From positions 57,108 through 121,107 of the forward strand of contig CAZXZO010000002.1 of NCBI GenBank assembly GCA_964645485.1: a stretch of 64,000 nucleotides of DNA. Direction: 5' to 3'. Below, piece after piece: positions 26,574-38,328 of the stretch. The position numbers and the translations under genes are program-made. Origin of the DNA: an uncultured Candidatus Poseidoniales archaeon. Lineage in GTDB: Archaea > Thermoplasmatota > Poseidoniia > Poseidoniales > Thalassarchaeaceae. Numbering within the stretch: position 1 is the stretch's first letter; each line of letters begins with the position of its first letter. Under the pieces are notes generated by a model. It did no database searches. It was not told the DNA's origin and saw only the letters and a program-made list of their open reading frames with translations.

Positions 26574-27527
26574 TCAGTCTAACAACCCATCATTGGATGG
26601 TTCAATTGTCATTATGGCCAATAGAAGAACCCACCCCGTTAGCATCGACACTCGAAACAGCATCTTTTGGAAGTCAGCAAACTTTTCACGAAGTAGTATT
26701 ACAGCGATGTTCACAATAGCCATTATTCCCGCAGCCCCTAGAAACCAAATTTCATCCATGGGGTTGGAGATAGCGAAGCATGCGAACCATACTAGGGTTA
26801 GTTGTACAGATGTCCTCGTGGTAGTTTCTTCTGAGAACCGTGAAGGGAATGAATGAATCCCGTTTTCTCGATCACTCTCTACATCCATGCGTGCATAGTT
26901 GATATCGAAGGCAGTTATCCAAAATGCGACCCCTAGGGAGATGAAGAAAATAGTTGGATACCAAAGAAGGTCAGTATATCCATCGTGCAGTCCTGTAATT
27001 GCAGCCCAACCATGCACATCTGCTGCAATAGCAACCCAAGCCCCGGCAGGTGCAAGACCAAGACACAATCCGAGCCATAAATGACACAACCAGGTGTAAC
27101 GCTTAGTGTATGGGTAGATAACGAAGGCTAAGACGGGAAGCCAAGCCATCATTAGTGCAACTTCGTTGAGCAACCAAGCGCCTAAAAGTAGCATACTAAG
27201 GAAAATTGCCGATAGAGTCCAAGCCGTTTGCATTGACATATTTCCCGATACCAAATGCCTGTTTGCAGTTCGTGGGTTGGCGGCATCAACATCACGATCA
27301 ATAATACGATTCAAAGTCATTGCAAGGCCACGGGCTCCCACAGCCGCGATGAGAATCCAAATTAGGTCCATTCTTAACCAACCAAGTTCAGGAACAGGAA
27401 GGTCATGCATGAATTGATTGTAAGCGAGAATATACCCAATTAACACAAAGGGAAGGGAAAAGAGGGTGTGCTCAATTTTTACGAATTCCAAAATTTGCTT
27501 TACACCCAAACTACCACCTCGATACAT
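26574..27527 (-). CDS. UbiA-family polyprenyltransferase, MqnP-like
   Basis: FVKIEHTLFSLPF, NRIIDRDVDAANPRTANR, YPYTKRYT, FDINYARMDVESDRENGIHSFP. Overlaps the end of the UbiD gene. Start uncertain. Confidence 0.85.
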   Translation of the reverse strand: MYRGGSLGVKQILEFVKIEHTLFSLPFVLIGYILAYNQFMHDLPVPELGWLRMDLIWILIAAVGARGLAMTLNRIIDRDVDAANPRTANRHLVSGNMSMQTAWTLSAIFLSMLLLGAWLLNEVALMMAWLPVLAFVIYPYTKRYTWLCHLWLGLCLGLAPAGAWVAIAADVHGWAAITGLHDGYTDLLWYPTIFFISLGVAFWITAFDINYARMDVESDRENGIHSFPSRFSEETTTRTSVQLTLVWFACFAISNPMDEIWFLGAAGIMAIVNIAVILLREKFADFQKMLFRVSMLTGWVLLLAIMTIEPSNDGLLD

Positions 27528-29554
27528 TTGGTTCCCAAGCTCTCTGTTCATACCCATCATATCCTGCCATGTTTGTTACTTTGGCAAGAGTTTCTTGGCC
27601 GTGAATAGTGATTGCTGGCCAACTTCTGATAGGAAGAATTGGATCTAGCGCTGATATTTCTTGTCCAGCACTTGCAAGTGCTTTACGACCAGGGTGCGGA
27701 ATCGGGGTGGTGGCATCCCAGCAAACCCTACTACGATTTGAATCAAAATGTAAATCTCTACCAACATCAAATCTAACGGTTAACTGCCAGAGCAATTTTT
27801 GATTTGCTCCTGCTGAATGTAATTTCACATCATCATCAGTGATAAATAGCCATCTTAAATGTTCAGATTCTTCCAATTGCCAAATTGAATTCATCAATTG
27901 GAAAATACGTTGCCTTTGAGCCCTACTGGCTTCAACTTGAAGTGCCCATGCAGCGGGGTCAAGAATTGCCTGCATTCCATTACTTGGGCTAGGTGTGTCA
28001 TCAATTTTTGTTGTAATCACCATAATTGATGGCCTAAGGAGAATTGCCTCGCTAACTTCCTGCATCGCTCTGACTTTTGCACAGAAGTCAACTGAAACTC
28101 CTGGAGCATCTACCTGTCCACGGCGCCAATCTGGAGATTCATCGAAACCCGTTCCTCTAGGTAAGCCGACTCCTCCTTTTCTCGGATCGGCACTTGGTAA
28201 TGTTGTGGCATCAATCAGTAATTTATCGTGAACATTTTCCCATGGTGAAGATGTGTCAAGTGTATCTGCAACCATCCCAGGTATTGTTATCAAATCGGCC
28301 TGTGGGTCTACTTTTTCATGTAAAGCATCGAGAAGAGCATTCAGTTCTTTTACAGGGTGGCCAGGGTCAACGGCAACGGAAATTTTTGTGAACATTAATT
28401 GCCCAGCGCCCAACAAACCAAGGCAAGTTTTTCGTGCTTGACGTGGGTATCTTTGTTTCGCGGCAATAATCGCCAAATTATGGAAACCAGTCTGCAGTGG
28501 CACGAACATATCAACGATATCTCGGTGTTGAAAATTTAATATTGGCAGGAATGCATCTGTAATTGCTTCGCCAATATATCCATCCTCCATAGGCGGAAGT
28601 CCAACAATTGTCATTGGTGCAATAGCATCAGAACGATGAGTGATTGCAGTTACGTGCATCACTGGGTAATCCCCCTCTAAACTATACAGCCCGAAGTGGT
28701 CACCAAAAGGGCCCTCTGGTCTGGTTTCGCCAGGGATACAATACCCTTCAATTACAACATCTGCCTCTGCTGGAACCCACAAATCTTGAGTAGTTGCTTT
28801 CACTAACTTCAGCCTCTGATTTGCTAAGAAGGAAGCGAACATAAATTCAGAAAGATTGTCAGGAAGAGGTGAAATTGCGCTGAAAATTAATTCTGGTGGC
28901 CCTCCTAGACAAATTGCCACAGGTATTTTGTTGAGTGAACCAAGGCTAGCATCAGCATGGTCAGCACCATGTTTGTGCATTTGCCAATGAAGTCCACATT
29001 CGGTTGGGCCATAAATTTGTGAGCGGTACATCCCGAGGTTTTGCTCACCGCTGACTGGATCTTTCGTGACTACTAATGGTAGGGTGATAAACGGCCCACC
29101 GTCTTGTGGCCAAGTTTTGGGGATTGGAAGAGATGTTAAGTCTGGATTTTCCATGACTACTTCCTGACATGCTCCTTTTCTGACTCGTTTTGGAGCCATT
29201 CGCAGACCTTGTTTGGCTAAGCCAATTCCTTTCCATGGTTTCTTAGAAATTGTGGCAATGTCTGGTTTCATCAATTCCACGAGTCGGTTTCCAATAGTTG
29301 CCAACTCATCCACGCCAAGAGCCGTTTTCACCCTAGTTCTAGTTCCAAAAAGATTCATTGCAAGGGGAATTTTGGATATGCTGCCATTCTGTAATCTTGG
29401 TTGCTCAAAAATTACAGCCTTGCCTTCACCCTTTACAAGACGGTCGGCAATACATCCCGCCTCTAACTCTACATCAACCGGTCTTGCAATGCGCAGCATA
29501 TCTCCCTGTTCCTCGAGGGCGGCGATAAATTGCTGCAGATTACTCCATCCCACA
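27511..29554 (-). CDS. UbiD-family decarboxylase, MqnL-like, with C-terminal extension
   Basis: WPQDGGPFITLP, NLGMYRSQ, HWQMHKHG, EGPFGDHFGLYS, GHLPPMEDGY-like GLPPMEDGY, DTLDTSS, IDAT. Start set at GTG 29554. Confidence 0.88.
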
Positions 29555-29628
29555 GCCCTCGGAGGGGCTCTCACCTATGAAACATCAAGGAGAGATATTC
29601 AAACAAATTCACCCAGATTATTCCACAT

Positions 29629-30909
29629 TTGGTAACCGCGTTATTCATGAAGGGACCCCCCTCATCACAACCCATGGAGGGAGCCGGTACAGAGTGTGAC
29701 GTCTTGGTCATTGGCGCCGGGCCTGGCGGTGGTGCTGCGGCTTTACACAGTGCAAGAGAAGGTCTCAATGTCATCCTAATCGAAGATCATGACGAGATTG
29801 GGACTCCCGTACATTGCGGAGAATGTATATCGGATTTAGCCGTAAACAACCTAAAACTTGAACTTCCAGATTCAGTAATTTCACGTCCTGTTGATGGTAT
29901 TAGAGTACTGTTTCCGGATGGAACGGCAAAAAAATTAAGTGAACCGGGATACGTTCTAGAAAAGCACTTGTTTGAGCAGTGGTTAGCAGCGGAAGCAGTT
30001 GAAGCGGGCGCACAATTACACCTATCACACAAGTTGACAGGCCTTGAGCGTCAAGAAAATGATGGTGTTTTCAGCGGTTGGATTTGCCAGGGTAAGGGGG
30101 ACCAATTTCCAATTACAGCTAAGATTGTAATTGATGCCTCTGGCGTTGCTGGAGTATGCTCAAAAATTTTGCAATTAAACCCCCGTCCTAAAGTGGTTGC
30201 AGGGATGCAATATGAGGTACTAGAAGTTCCAACAGATGGTTACTTGGATTTCTATATTTGGCCAAAATATGCCGAAAAAGGTTATCTTTGGATGATACCA
30301 AAGGCAGATGGAAGGGCTAACATTGGGTTAGTTACAGAGAATAAAAAGGGTGCTGTAAAGGCACTAGACCAATTCATAGAAAATGGGGAATTCAAGGGAT
30401 TAGAAATGATCAATCCGCCCTGGCGGAAAGAAGGAATGAAACTGCGAGGTTTTGGCGGAACTATACCAATTTCCGGGCCACATGAAGTCACTCATACAGA
30501 TGGAATAATGCTGATTGGTGATGCGGCTGGTTTCACTTCACCTCTGTTTGAAGGAGGTTCTCATTTGGCTTTGAAATCAGCATCATTTGCAGCTCAGACT
30601 GCGGCTGAAGCAATCGCTGCTGGAGATATAACCGCTTCCAAGTTAGCCATATATTCATCCAAATGGAAAAGAGAGTTTCCACCATATGAAAAAATACTGA
30701 GAGGAAAAACAGCCTTGTATTCACTCAGTGATTCTGATATGTCAGTAATGGGCAAATGTTTCCCAGAAGAAATGTCTTCGATGGGAATATCTGGAAAGGC
30801 AATGGTTGGAATCCGCCTACTTGTTAGAAGACCTAGTTTATATTTCAAGAAAATAGTTCCAGCGATGTTGGCTTTTGGTTATAGCCGGGCTAAATACTAT
30901 GGCTGGTAA
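29629..30909 (+). CDS. Geranylgeranyl reductase family FAD oxidoreductase
   Basis: DVLVIGAGPGG, PVHCGEC, VIDASG, GYLWMIPK, ANIG, LIGDAAGFTSPLFEGG. Confidence 0.88.
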   Translation: MVTALFMKGPPSSQPMEGAGTECDVLVIGAGPGGGAAALHSAREGLNVILIEDHDEIGTPVHCGECISDLAVNNLKLELPDSVISRPVDGIRVLFPDGTAKKLSEPGYVLEKHLFEQWLAAEAVEAGAQLHLSHKLTGLERQENDGVFSGWICQGKGDQFPITAKIVIDASGVAGVCSKILQLNPRPKVVAGMQYEVLEVPTDGYLDFYIWPKYAEKGYLWMIPKADGRANIGLVTENKKGAVKALDQFIENGEFKGLEMINPPWRKEGMKLRGFGGTIPISGPHEVTHTDGIMLIGDAAGFTSPLFEGGSHLALKSASFAAQTAAEAIAAGDITASKLAIYSSKWKREFPPYEKILRGKTALYSLSDSDMSVMGKCFPEEMSSMGISGKAMVGIRLLVRRPSLYFKKIVPAMLAFGYSRAKYYGW

Positions 30910-30972
30910 TCCAACAATCAGCGATTACTTACGGCCGAAATTGCCATCAGTTGATGGCTACTCGCACCAATT

Positions 30973-33519
30973 GTGCAGTGGCTTCTTTGGTTAGCAATCG
31001 CGGTTTCCATAGCCGGTATCTCGATGCCGTGGCGAAATCTGTCTGCGGAGCAATCATTGTGGTTCCCACGAATCATCACAACAATCCAAATTTTACCTTT
31101 CATCGCCCTAAGTTGGCTATTTATCAGTGATTCTACAAACTATGATTTGGTTCGTCTTTACGGTGGCAGTGAGATGCCATTTGCCTATCGTATCAGTGCG
31201 GTTTGGGCTAGTAGAGAAGGGCCAACCCTCCTTTGGGCTGGTTTGTTAGCAATCTGTGGCCTTGCGTTCCAAGATGCGGCGAAAGATGAGAGTTCGATTC
31301 TATTTCGTAAATTAGTCAATGGCGCAATTCTAACACTCTTCTCTATTGCAATGATGATGCGACCATTCAGGCTTGCACAAAGCAATTGGCGAGGTGAATT
31401 AAATCCACTACTGCAAACCGATTTGATGGTCTTCCATCCGCCACTGGTTTTCCTGTTTTACTCACTTTGTATGGTTGTGATGCTGAAGGCTTTGTCTACA
31501 GTTCTTAGTAACGATGGTGTTGATGATTCTCGACTTCGTGAGATGGTGACGCCGCCAGCAAGAGTAGCATTGGTAGTAGGTACGATTGGAGTGGGACTCG
31601 GTGGGCTATGGGCTTACACAGTGCTTGATTGGGGCGGGTATTGGGCTTGGGATCCCGTCGAAACAGCATCCCTTTTGCCCTGGCTTGGGCTCCTCCTTTT
31701 ACTTCATCTACGGGTAACTCCTGGTGGGAAAAATAGTGGTTTCGTCCTCCCTTTAGCAATCCTTCCTGGATGGTTCTCTATCCACGCTACTATGGTCACT
31801 AGAGCCAATGGTGTTTGGGCCTCGGTACACGCCTTTGTCTCAGAAGATGTTGGGTCTCAAAGTGATTCTGCAATACTACGAATAATTGACTTACAAAACA
31901 CAGGGGTAAGTGGAACAGAGGTGATTACTTACCTCATTTCATTGGTGGCAATTTTGGCAATCACTGTGGCGGTTATGGTTAGCCGTCAGGCTAGAATTGG
32001 TGGCGGAGAAAATTTGCAATTTTCGTCTAGATTATCATTATGGTTGATATTGTTATTACCTTTATCTTGGCTAATTACTGTTGATATGTTTGGGGCTGAA
32101 TCGAGTCTAATTGAGCGGCTGCCTACATTCATTCTACTGATAGCAGCAGCATCTCCATTGGTAGCAATCATGCTTCCACCTGATCCTGCAGGTGCGAAGT
32201 TGTTCGCTGATAGAGAGAAAGCATTCTCAATGGCTGCTGTGATTTTGTTATCATTAATCATTGATGAACCATTAATTGCAACTCTACTTATTTTGTTGAT
32301 GCTGTTGAAAGCGAGTTCGGATAAAGAGTCAGAAATGATTTGGACAGTGGCAGGCATCGTTGTCATATTGACTTCAGTTTACGCTTATTTGATTGGGGTT
32401 TATGTTGCTGGAATTGGCTTGTTAACTTTCATTTGGCCATTGCTGGTTCTTGATATTGAAGATGGAGATGAGCAGACATTGAAGGAACGCATTTCTGAAC
32501 TTTCATTACGAAAAACCCAAATTCGACTATCGCTATTTGCACCTATCGTAATCGGTGGGACATTTTTCACATTGACTTGGATGTTGTTGGTTGCTAGCGT
32601 TGATGGGACTTCTCTACCAATGCATGAGATGTTTGGCGCGCCACTTATTTTGTTAATTGCGGCTGCTTTAGCAACATATTCTTGGAAAGATACAGTGCCT
32701 GAAAAAATGGTTCCTTTTCTTCTATTAGGTTTTATTATCTTAGGAATTGTTGTTGGTGCATTCCTTAATATTCCTATCATAGGGGATAGCAATTCACAGT
32801 TTAGTGATACAATAAACCGAGGTGAAGTAGCTTGGTTGTTGCTACCGATTTTAATAGTCGCAATCCCTTCAATAATACGTCTTGCGATAGACCTCTTTAT
32901 GCGTACTGCAAAGGGGTATTCTCCTGCAAAGATGCGAAGTGCGCTTGCTCACAGTGCGCATGTAGGGATTCTACTGTTACTGGTAGGCCACGTATTCACA
33001 ACTACTCTAGTTGACCGAACAGATCCTTCTCATCAAGTAGTGTTGGTAAAGGGTCAAGAGGTTTCTCATGAAGGGTACCTGCTAACTTTTGAAGATTGGA
33101 CAGTGCTTTCTCCAGATGATACTGAATTCCAAGAGCGCTTTTCGGTTGGAGATGGGTTCCTAGGTGCTACAATTGACATACGTGACGAGCAAGGTAATTT
33201 TCTCGACACAGTTAATCCAGGGATGTTGAGGTTTGATAGTTCAAACAGTTTCCCACGTAGTGAGGTAGATAGGTACACTTCTATTACTGGTGATACTGTG
33301 TTTATTTTTGATTGGTCCCAAACACAAGCATTAGGTAATGCATCTGGAATTATGGATTCAGAAAGTGACGATGTTGGTCTTGACAGAGTTCGATTAACGG
33401 TTTACCAGCTCTCTGGCAGCCATCTTGTGTGGGCTGGGTGGCTAATCATTGTACTCTCAACTCTAGGAATCGCAATCACCTCAGTTCAGCGCCTCAGTAA
33501 GCCGATTCCCTCCATCTGA
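30973..33519 (+). CDS. ccmF: Cytochrome c maturation protein CcmF (heme lyase family)
   Basis: VWASREGPTLLW, LNPLLQT, FHPP, WGGYWAWDPVETASLLPW (WWD motif), LLLH, SVHAF, LAHSAHVG. Confidence 0.85.
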   Translation: MQWLLWLAIAVSIAGISMPWRNLSAEQSLWFPRIITTIQILPFIALSWLFISDSTNYDLVRLYGGSEMPFAYRISAVWASREGPTLLWAGLLAICGLAFQDAAKDESSILFRKLVNGAILTLFSIAMMMRPFRLAQSNWRGELNPLLQTDLMVFHPPLVFLFYSLCMVVMLKALSTVLSNDGVDDSRLREMVTPPARVALVVGTIGVGLGGLWAYTVLDWGGYWAWDPVETASLLPWLGLLLLLHLRVTPGGKNSGFVLPLAILPGWFSIHATMVTRANGVWASVHAFVSEDVGSQSDSAILRIIDLQNTGVSGTEVITYLISLVAILAITVAVMVSRQARIGGGENLQFSSRLSLWLILLLPLSWLITVDMFGAESSLIERLPTFILLIAAASPLVAIMLPPDPAGAKLFADREKAFSMAAVILLSLIIDEPLIATLLILLMLLKASSDKESEMIWTVAGIVVILTSVYAYLIGVYVAGIGLLTFIWPLLVLDIEDGDEQTLKERISELSLRKTQIRLSLFAPIVIGGTFFTLTWMLLVASVDGTSLPMHEMFGAPLILLIAAALATYSWKDTVPEKMVPFLLLGFIILGIVVGAFLNIPIIGDSNSQFSDTINRGEVAWLLLPILIVAIPSIIRLAIDLFMRTAKGYSPAKMRSALAHSAHVGILLLLVGHVFTTTLVDRTDPSHQVVLVKGQEVSHEGYLLTFEDWTVLSPDDTEFQERFSVGDGFLGATIDIRDEQGNFLDTVNPGMLRFDSSNSFPRSEVDRYTSITGDTVFIFDWSQTQALGNASGIMDSESDDVGLDRVRLTVYQLSGSHLVWAGWLIIVLSTLGIAITSVQRLSKPIPSI

Positions 33520-33589
33520 TATTGGATAATTTCACCGTTTCACTCATAAAGGGGGAGTCGGTCGGCGGCTCGCCCCATTAGGGGTTGAA

Positions 33590-34348
33590 GTGATATTCAT
33601 GGAAGAAGGCACAATTGTCTACATTGATTACGACCTGTTTGAGGTTGATTCCGGAAAACTAATTGAGACCACTCGTGAGGAGACTGCAAAGTCAAACGAC
33701 GTTCATGAAGAGTCACGAACTTATGAGCCTCTGTGCACCACTATTGGTGCTGGAGCGTTGATTCCTGGTTTTGAAGAAAGCCTAGAAGAAGCAGAAGTTG
33801 AAACTGACTACGATATTGAGATTTCACCAGACAAAGCATACGGAGAGCGTGACCCGGGTGCTGTTGAAATGTTGGGCCCACAACAATTGGCTCGCCAAGT
33901 AAGGGACCCTGACAATTTACAAGTTGGAGGACCAGTCGAAATCGGTGGCCGAAAAGGTACCTTAGTCATGTTCCGTGCTGGTCGGGCACGAATTGATTTC
34001 AATCACGAATTAGCGGGTAAATCACTGCGTTATAATTACCGAATCACAAAGGTTGTTGAAGAGAAGGACGAGATGGTAATGACTCTTCTAAAGATGTCAA
34101 CAGGTTCTGATGACTTTGAAGTAGAATTTGACGGCGATGATGTATCTATCACAATTCCAGAGTTCCTTGGATATGACCAATCATGGGGTATGGCAAAGTT
34201 TCAACTCATTCGTTCACTACGTGACACTGTTGGTGCCAAGACAATCGTGTTTAGAGATGTACACCAATTCAGAGAGGCTGCAGAAGAAGAGGAAGAAGAA
34301 CACGTCCACGATGAAAACTGTGACCACGACCATGACGAAGAAGAGTGA
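33590..34348 (+). CDS. FKBP-type peptidyl-prolyl isomerase (long type, SlyD-like)
   Basis: LIPGFEESL, PDKAYGERD, IDFNHELAGKSL. His/acid tail HVHDENCDHDHDEEE. Confidence 0.9.
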   Translation: MIFMEEGTIVYIDYDLFEVDSGKLIETTREETAKSNDVHEESRTYEPLCTTIGAGALIPGFEESLEEAEVETDYDIEISPDKAYGERDPGAVEMLGPQQLARQVRDPDNLQVGGPVEIGGRKGTLVMFRAGRARIDFNHELAGKSLRYNYRITKVVEEKDEMVMTLLKMSTGSDDFEVEFDGDDVSITIPEFLGYDQSWGMAKFQLIRSLRDTVGAKTIVFRDVHQFREAAEEEEEEHVHDENCDHDHDEEE

Positions 34349-34359
34349 ACCTCTTTTGA

Positions 34360-35781
<1,422 letters not shown>

Positions 35782-35828
35782 AGCCGCACCGTTCAAACAC
35801 CTGTTTGATTTCGACCCTATGGGTCGAC

Positions 35829-37439
35829 ATGGATAGACTACCTTCTTCGGTGCGAACTAGTGACAAACAGTATGTCTCAAATTTAGAACATAATCGTGCT
35901 ATTGTGGCGGCATTGGAGGGCCGTATGAACGCTGTAATGGAAGGTGGAGGTGGAAAGTACGTGGAACGCCACCGAAGTCGGGGTAAAATGTTGCCTCGTG
36001 AGAGAATTGAAGCCATCTGTGATCCTGGCACCGCCTTTCTCGAATTGAGTAAATTAGCAGCAAACGGCCTTTATGATGGCAACGCTCACAGTGCAGGAAT
36101 CATAACCGGCATAGGAATGGTTCATGGCCGTGAATGTATGTTCGTAGCCAATGATGCAACCGTAAAAGGTGGCTCATATTATCCAATGACAGTCAAAAAG
36201 CACATCCGGGCCCAAAATATCGCTGAGGAGAATGGCTTGCCTTGCATCTATCTAGTTGATTCAGGTGGCGCATATTTGCCATTGCAAGATGAGGTATTTC
36301 CCGATAGAGAACACTTTGGCAGGATTTTCCGCAATCAAGCAGTAATGAGCGGCAAAGGCATTCCTCAGATTTCTGCAGTCCTTGGCTCATGTACAGCAGG
36401 AGGTGCTTATGTGCCGGCAATGAGTGATGAATCAATCATTGTCAAAGATAACGGGACAATCTTCCTTGCAGGTCCACCACTTGTGAAAGCTGCAACAGGT
36501 GAGGAAGTAACAGCCGAAGCATTAGGCGGTGCGGAAGTTCATACTGTTGAATCGGGAGTTGCAGATCATTTTGCTGAAGACGAACCAGATGGCCTGCGGA
36601 TAGTTCGTAATATTGTTGAGAATCTTCCAGCCCCTTACAAAGTTGCGCTAGATGTAACTACTCCTGAACCACCACATCACGACCCCGAAGAATTGTTAGG
36701 GATTATTCCAGAAGATAACAGAATGCCATATGACGTCAGGGAAGTCATCGCTAGAATTACTGACGGTTCACGGTTCCACGAATTCAAGTCTCGCTATGGA
36801 ACTACAATTGTTTGTGGTTTTGCCCGCATCCACGGTTATCCAGTAGGAATCGTTGCTAACAATGGAATATTATTTTCAGAATCAGCACTTAAAGCAACCC
36901 ACTTCATTGAATTGTGTGGCCAGAGAGGTACTCCGATTGTGTTCTTGCAGAATATAACTGGCTTCATGGTTGGAAGTGAATATGAGGCAGGTGGTATTGC
37001 TAAAGATGGGGCAAAAATGGTAACTGCAGTTGCTTGTGCCCCTGTGCCTAAGTTCACAGTAATCATTGGCGGGTCTCACGGCGCTGGGAATTATGCTATG
37101 TGTGGTAGGGGGTATGACCCTCGCTTCCTTTTCATGTGGCCTAATTCTAGAATATCAGTAATGGGTGGCCCTCAGGCATCAAGTGTATTGACTACAGTTA
37201 AGCAAGACCAGAGAGCACGGGAAGGTCAAGCACCAATGGAAGGGGAAGAGTTAGACGAGTTCCAAAAGCCAATCTTAGATAGGTATGAAGCCGAAGGTTC
37301 ACCATACTATGCTACTGCCCGATTGTGGGATGATGGAATAATTGACCCAAGGGATACTAGAGATGTATTGGGGCTGAGTATTTCTGCCGCCCTGAATGGG
37401 CCATTCCCTGATTCAGAATATGGTATATTTAGAATGTGA
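35829..37439 (+). CDS. liuB: 3-methylcrotonyl-CoA carboxylase beta (carboxyltransferase) subunit
   Basis: [63 protein letters not shown]. Confidence 0.9.
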   Translation: MDRLPSSVRTSDKQYVSNLEHNRAIVAALEGRMNAVMEGGGGKYVERHRSRGKMLPRERIEAICDPGTAFLELSKLAANGLYDGNAHSAGIITGIGMVHGRECMFVANDATVKGGSYYPMTVKKHIRAQNIAEENGLPCIYLVDSGGAYLPLQDEVFPDREHFGRIFRNQAVMSGKGIPQISAVLGSCTAGGAYVPAMSDESIIVKDNGTIFLAGPPLVKAATGEEVTAEALGGAEVHTVESGVADHFAEDEPDGLRIVRNIVENLPAPYKVALDVTTPEPPHHDPEELLGIIPEDNRMPYDVREVIARITDGSRFHEFKSRYGTTIVCGFARIHGYPVGIVANNGILFSESALKATHFIELCGQRGTPIVFLQNITGFMVGSEYEAGGIAKDGAKMVTAVACAPVPKFTVIIGGSHGAGNYAMCGRGYDPRFLFMWPNSRISVMGGPQASSVLTTVKQDQRAREGQAPMEGEELDEFQKPILDRYEAEGSPYYATARLWDDGIIDPRDTRDVLGLSISAALNGPFPDSEYGIFRM

Positions 37440-37452
37440 AGGAGCAATTGCA

Positions 37453-38322
37453 ATGAATGATTTTTCAATTGGAGAATTAATGCCGGAAACCGGCTTGTGT
37501 ACCCTCAATATTGAGGGGCCAGTGGGGTATCTGAATTTACAACGTGAAGATGTGTTCAATGCATTAAATCCAGAATTGATTGGAGAATTATGTGATTTAC
37601 TTGATTGGGGTAAAGATCGCTCAGTAAGTGAGCGTGGTCAGTTGAAGGACAGTAACGGCGAACCTTATCTGAGAGTAATTGTATTAACCGGAAATGGAAA
37701 ACATTTCTGCGCAGGGGCAGATATTGGTTGGATGCAGGCTTCTGGTGCACAAACATCTGAACAAAATCGCAACGACGCCCAACGTCTTGATAGATTATTC
37801 AACAGCCTTTGGTCTCACCCTTGTTTTACTATTGGTGCTGTCCAAGGTGTCGCACTAGGTGGGGGTGCCGGATTAATTGCTTGTGTTGACCATGTGATTG
37901 GTGAGAGTAGAACAAAAATTGCCCTTTCTGAGGGTAAATTAGGAATTTTACCAGCCGTCATTGGACCCTATGTCTATCGTAGACTCGGAAGTGCGCAAAC
38001 TCGACGACTCGCCATGTTAGCAAATCGAATTGGAGTTGATGAGGCTTTACGAATTGGCATGATAGATGAGAAGGTAGAATCTCCAGAACAATTTACTGAC
38101 AGTATCCAAGAAGTAGTTTCTGAAGTGTTGACAACAGGTCCTTGTGCGGTTGGGGAAGCAAAACGTTTGGTATTACAGTTTGACCGTTGGAATGGAACTG
38201 ATGAGGAACTACGCCAATGGACCCTGGATAAAACTTCAGAGATGCGAGGTTCTTCAGAAGGTCAAGAAGGGCTTTCGTCATTCATTGAGCGACGTCAACC
38301 TGCATGGAAAAGTGAGGATTGA
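37453..38322 (+). CDS. liuC: Enoyl-CoA hydratase family, probable methylglutaconyl-CoA hydratase
   Basis: FCAGADIGWM, GVALGGGAGL, LSEGKLGILPAVIGPYV, EGQEGLSSFIERR. Located between the MCC subunit genes. Confidence 0.8.
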   Translation: MNDFSIGELMPETGLCTLNIEGPVGYLNLQREDVFNALNPELIGELCDLLDWGKDRSVSERGQLKDSNGEPYLRVIVLTGNGKHFCAGADIGWMQASGAQTSEQNRNDAQRLDRLFNSLWSHPCFTIGAVQGVALGGGAGLIACVDHVIGESRTKIALSEGKLGILPAVIGPYVYRRLGSAQTRRLAMLANRIGVDEALRIGMIDEKVESPEQFTDSIQEVVSEVLTTGPCAVGEAKRLVLQFDRWNGTDEELRQWTLDKTSEMRGSSEGQEGLSSFIERRQPAWKSED

Positions 38323-38328
38323 GCAACT

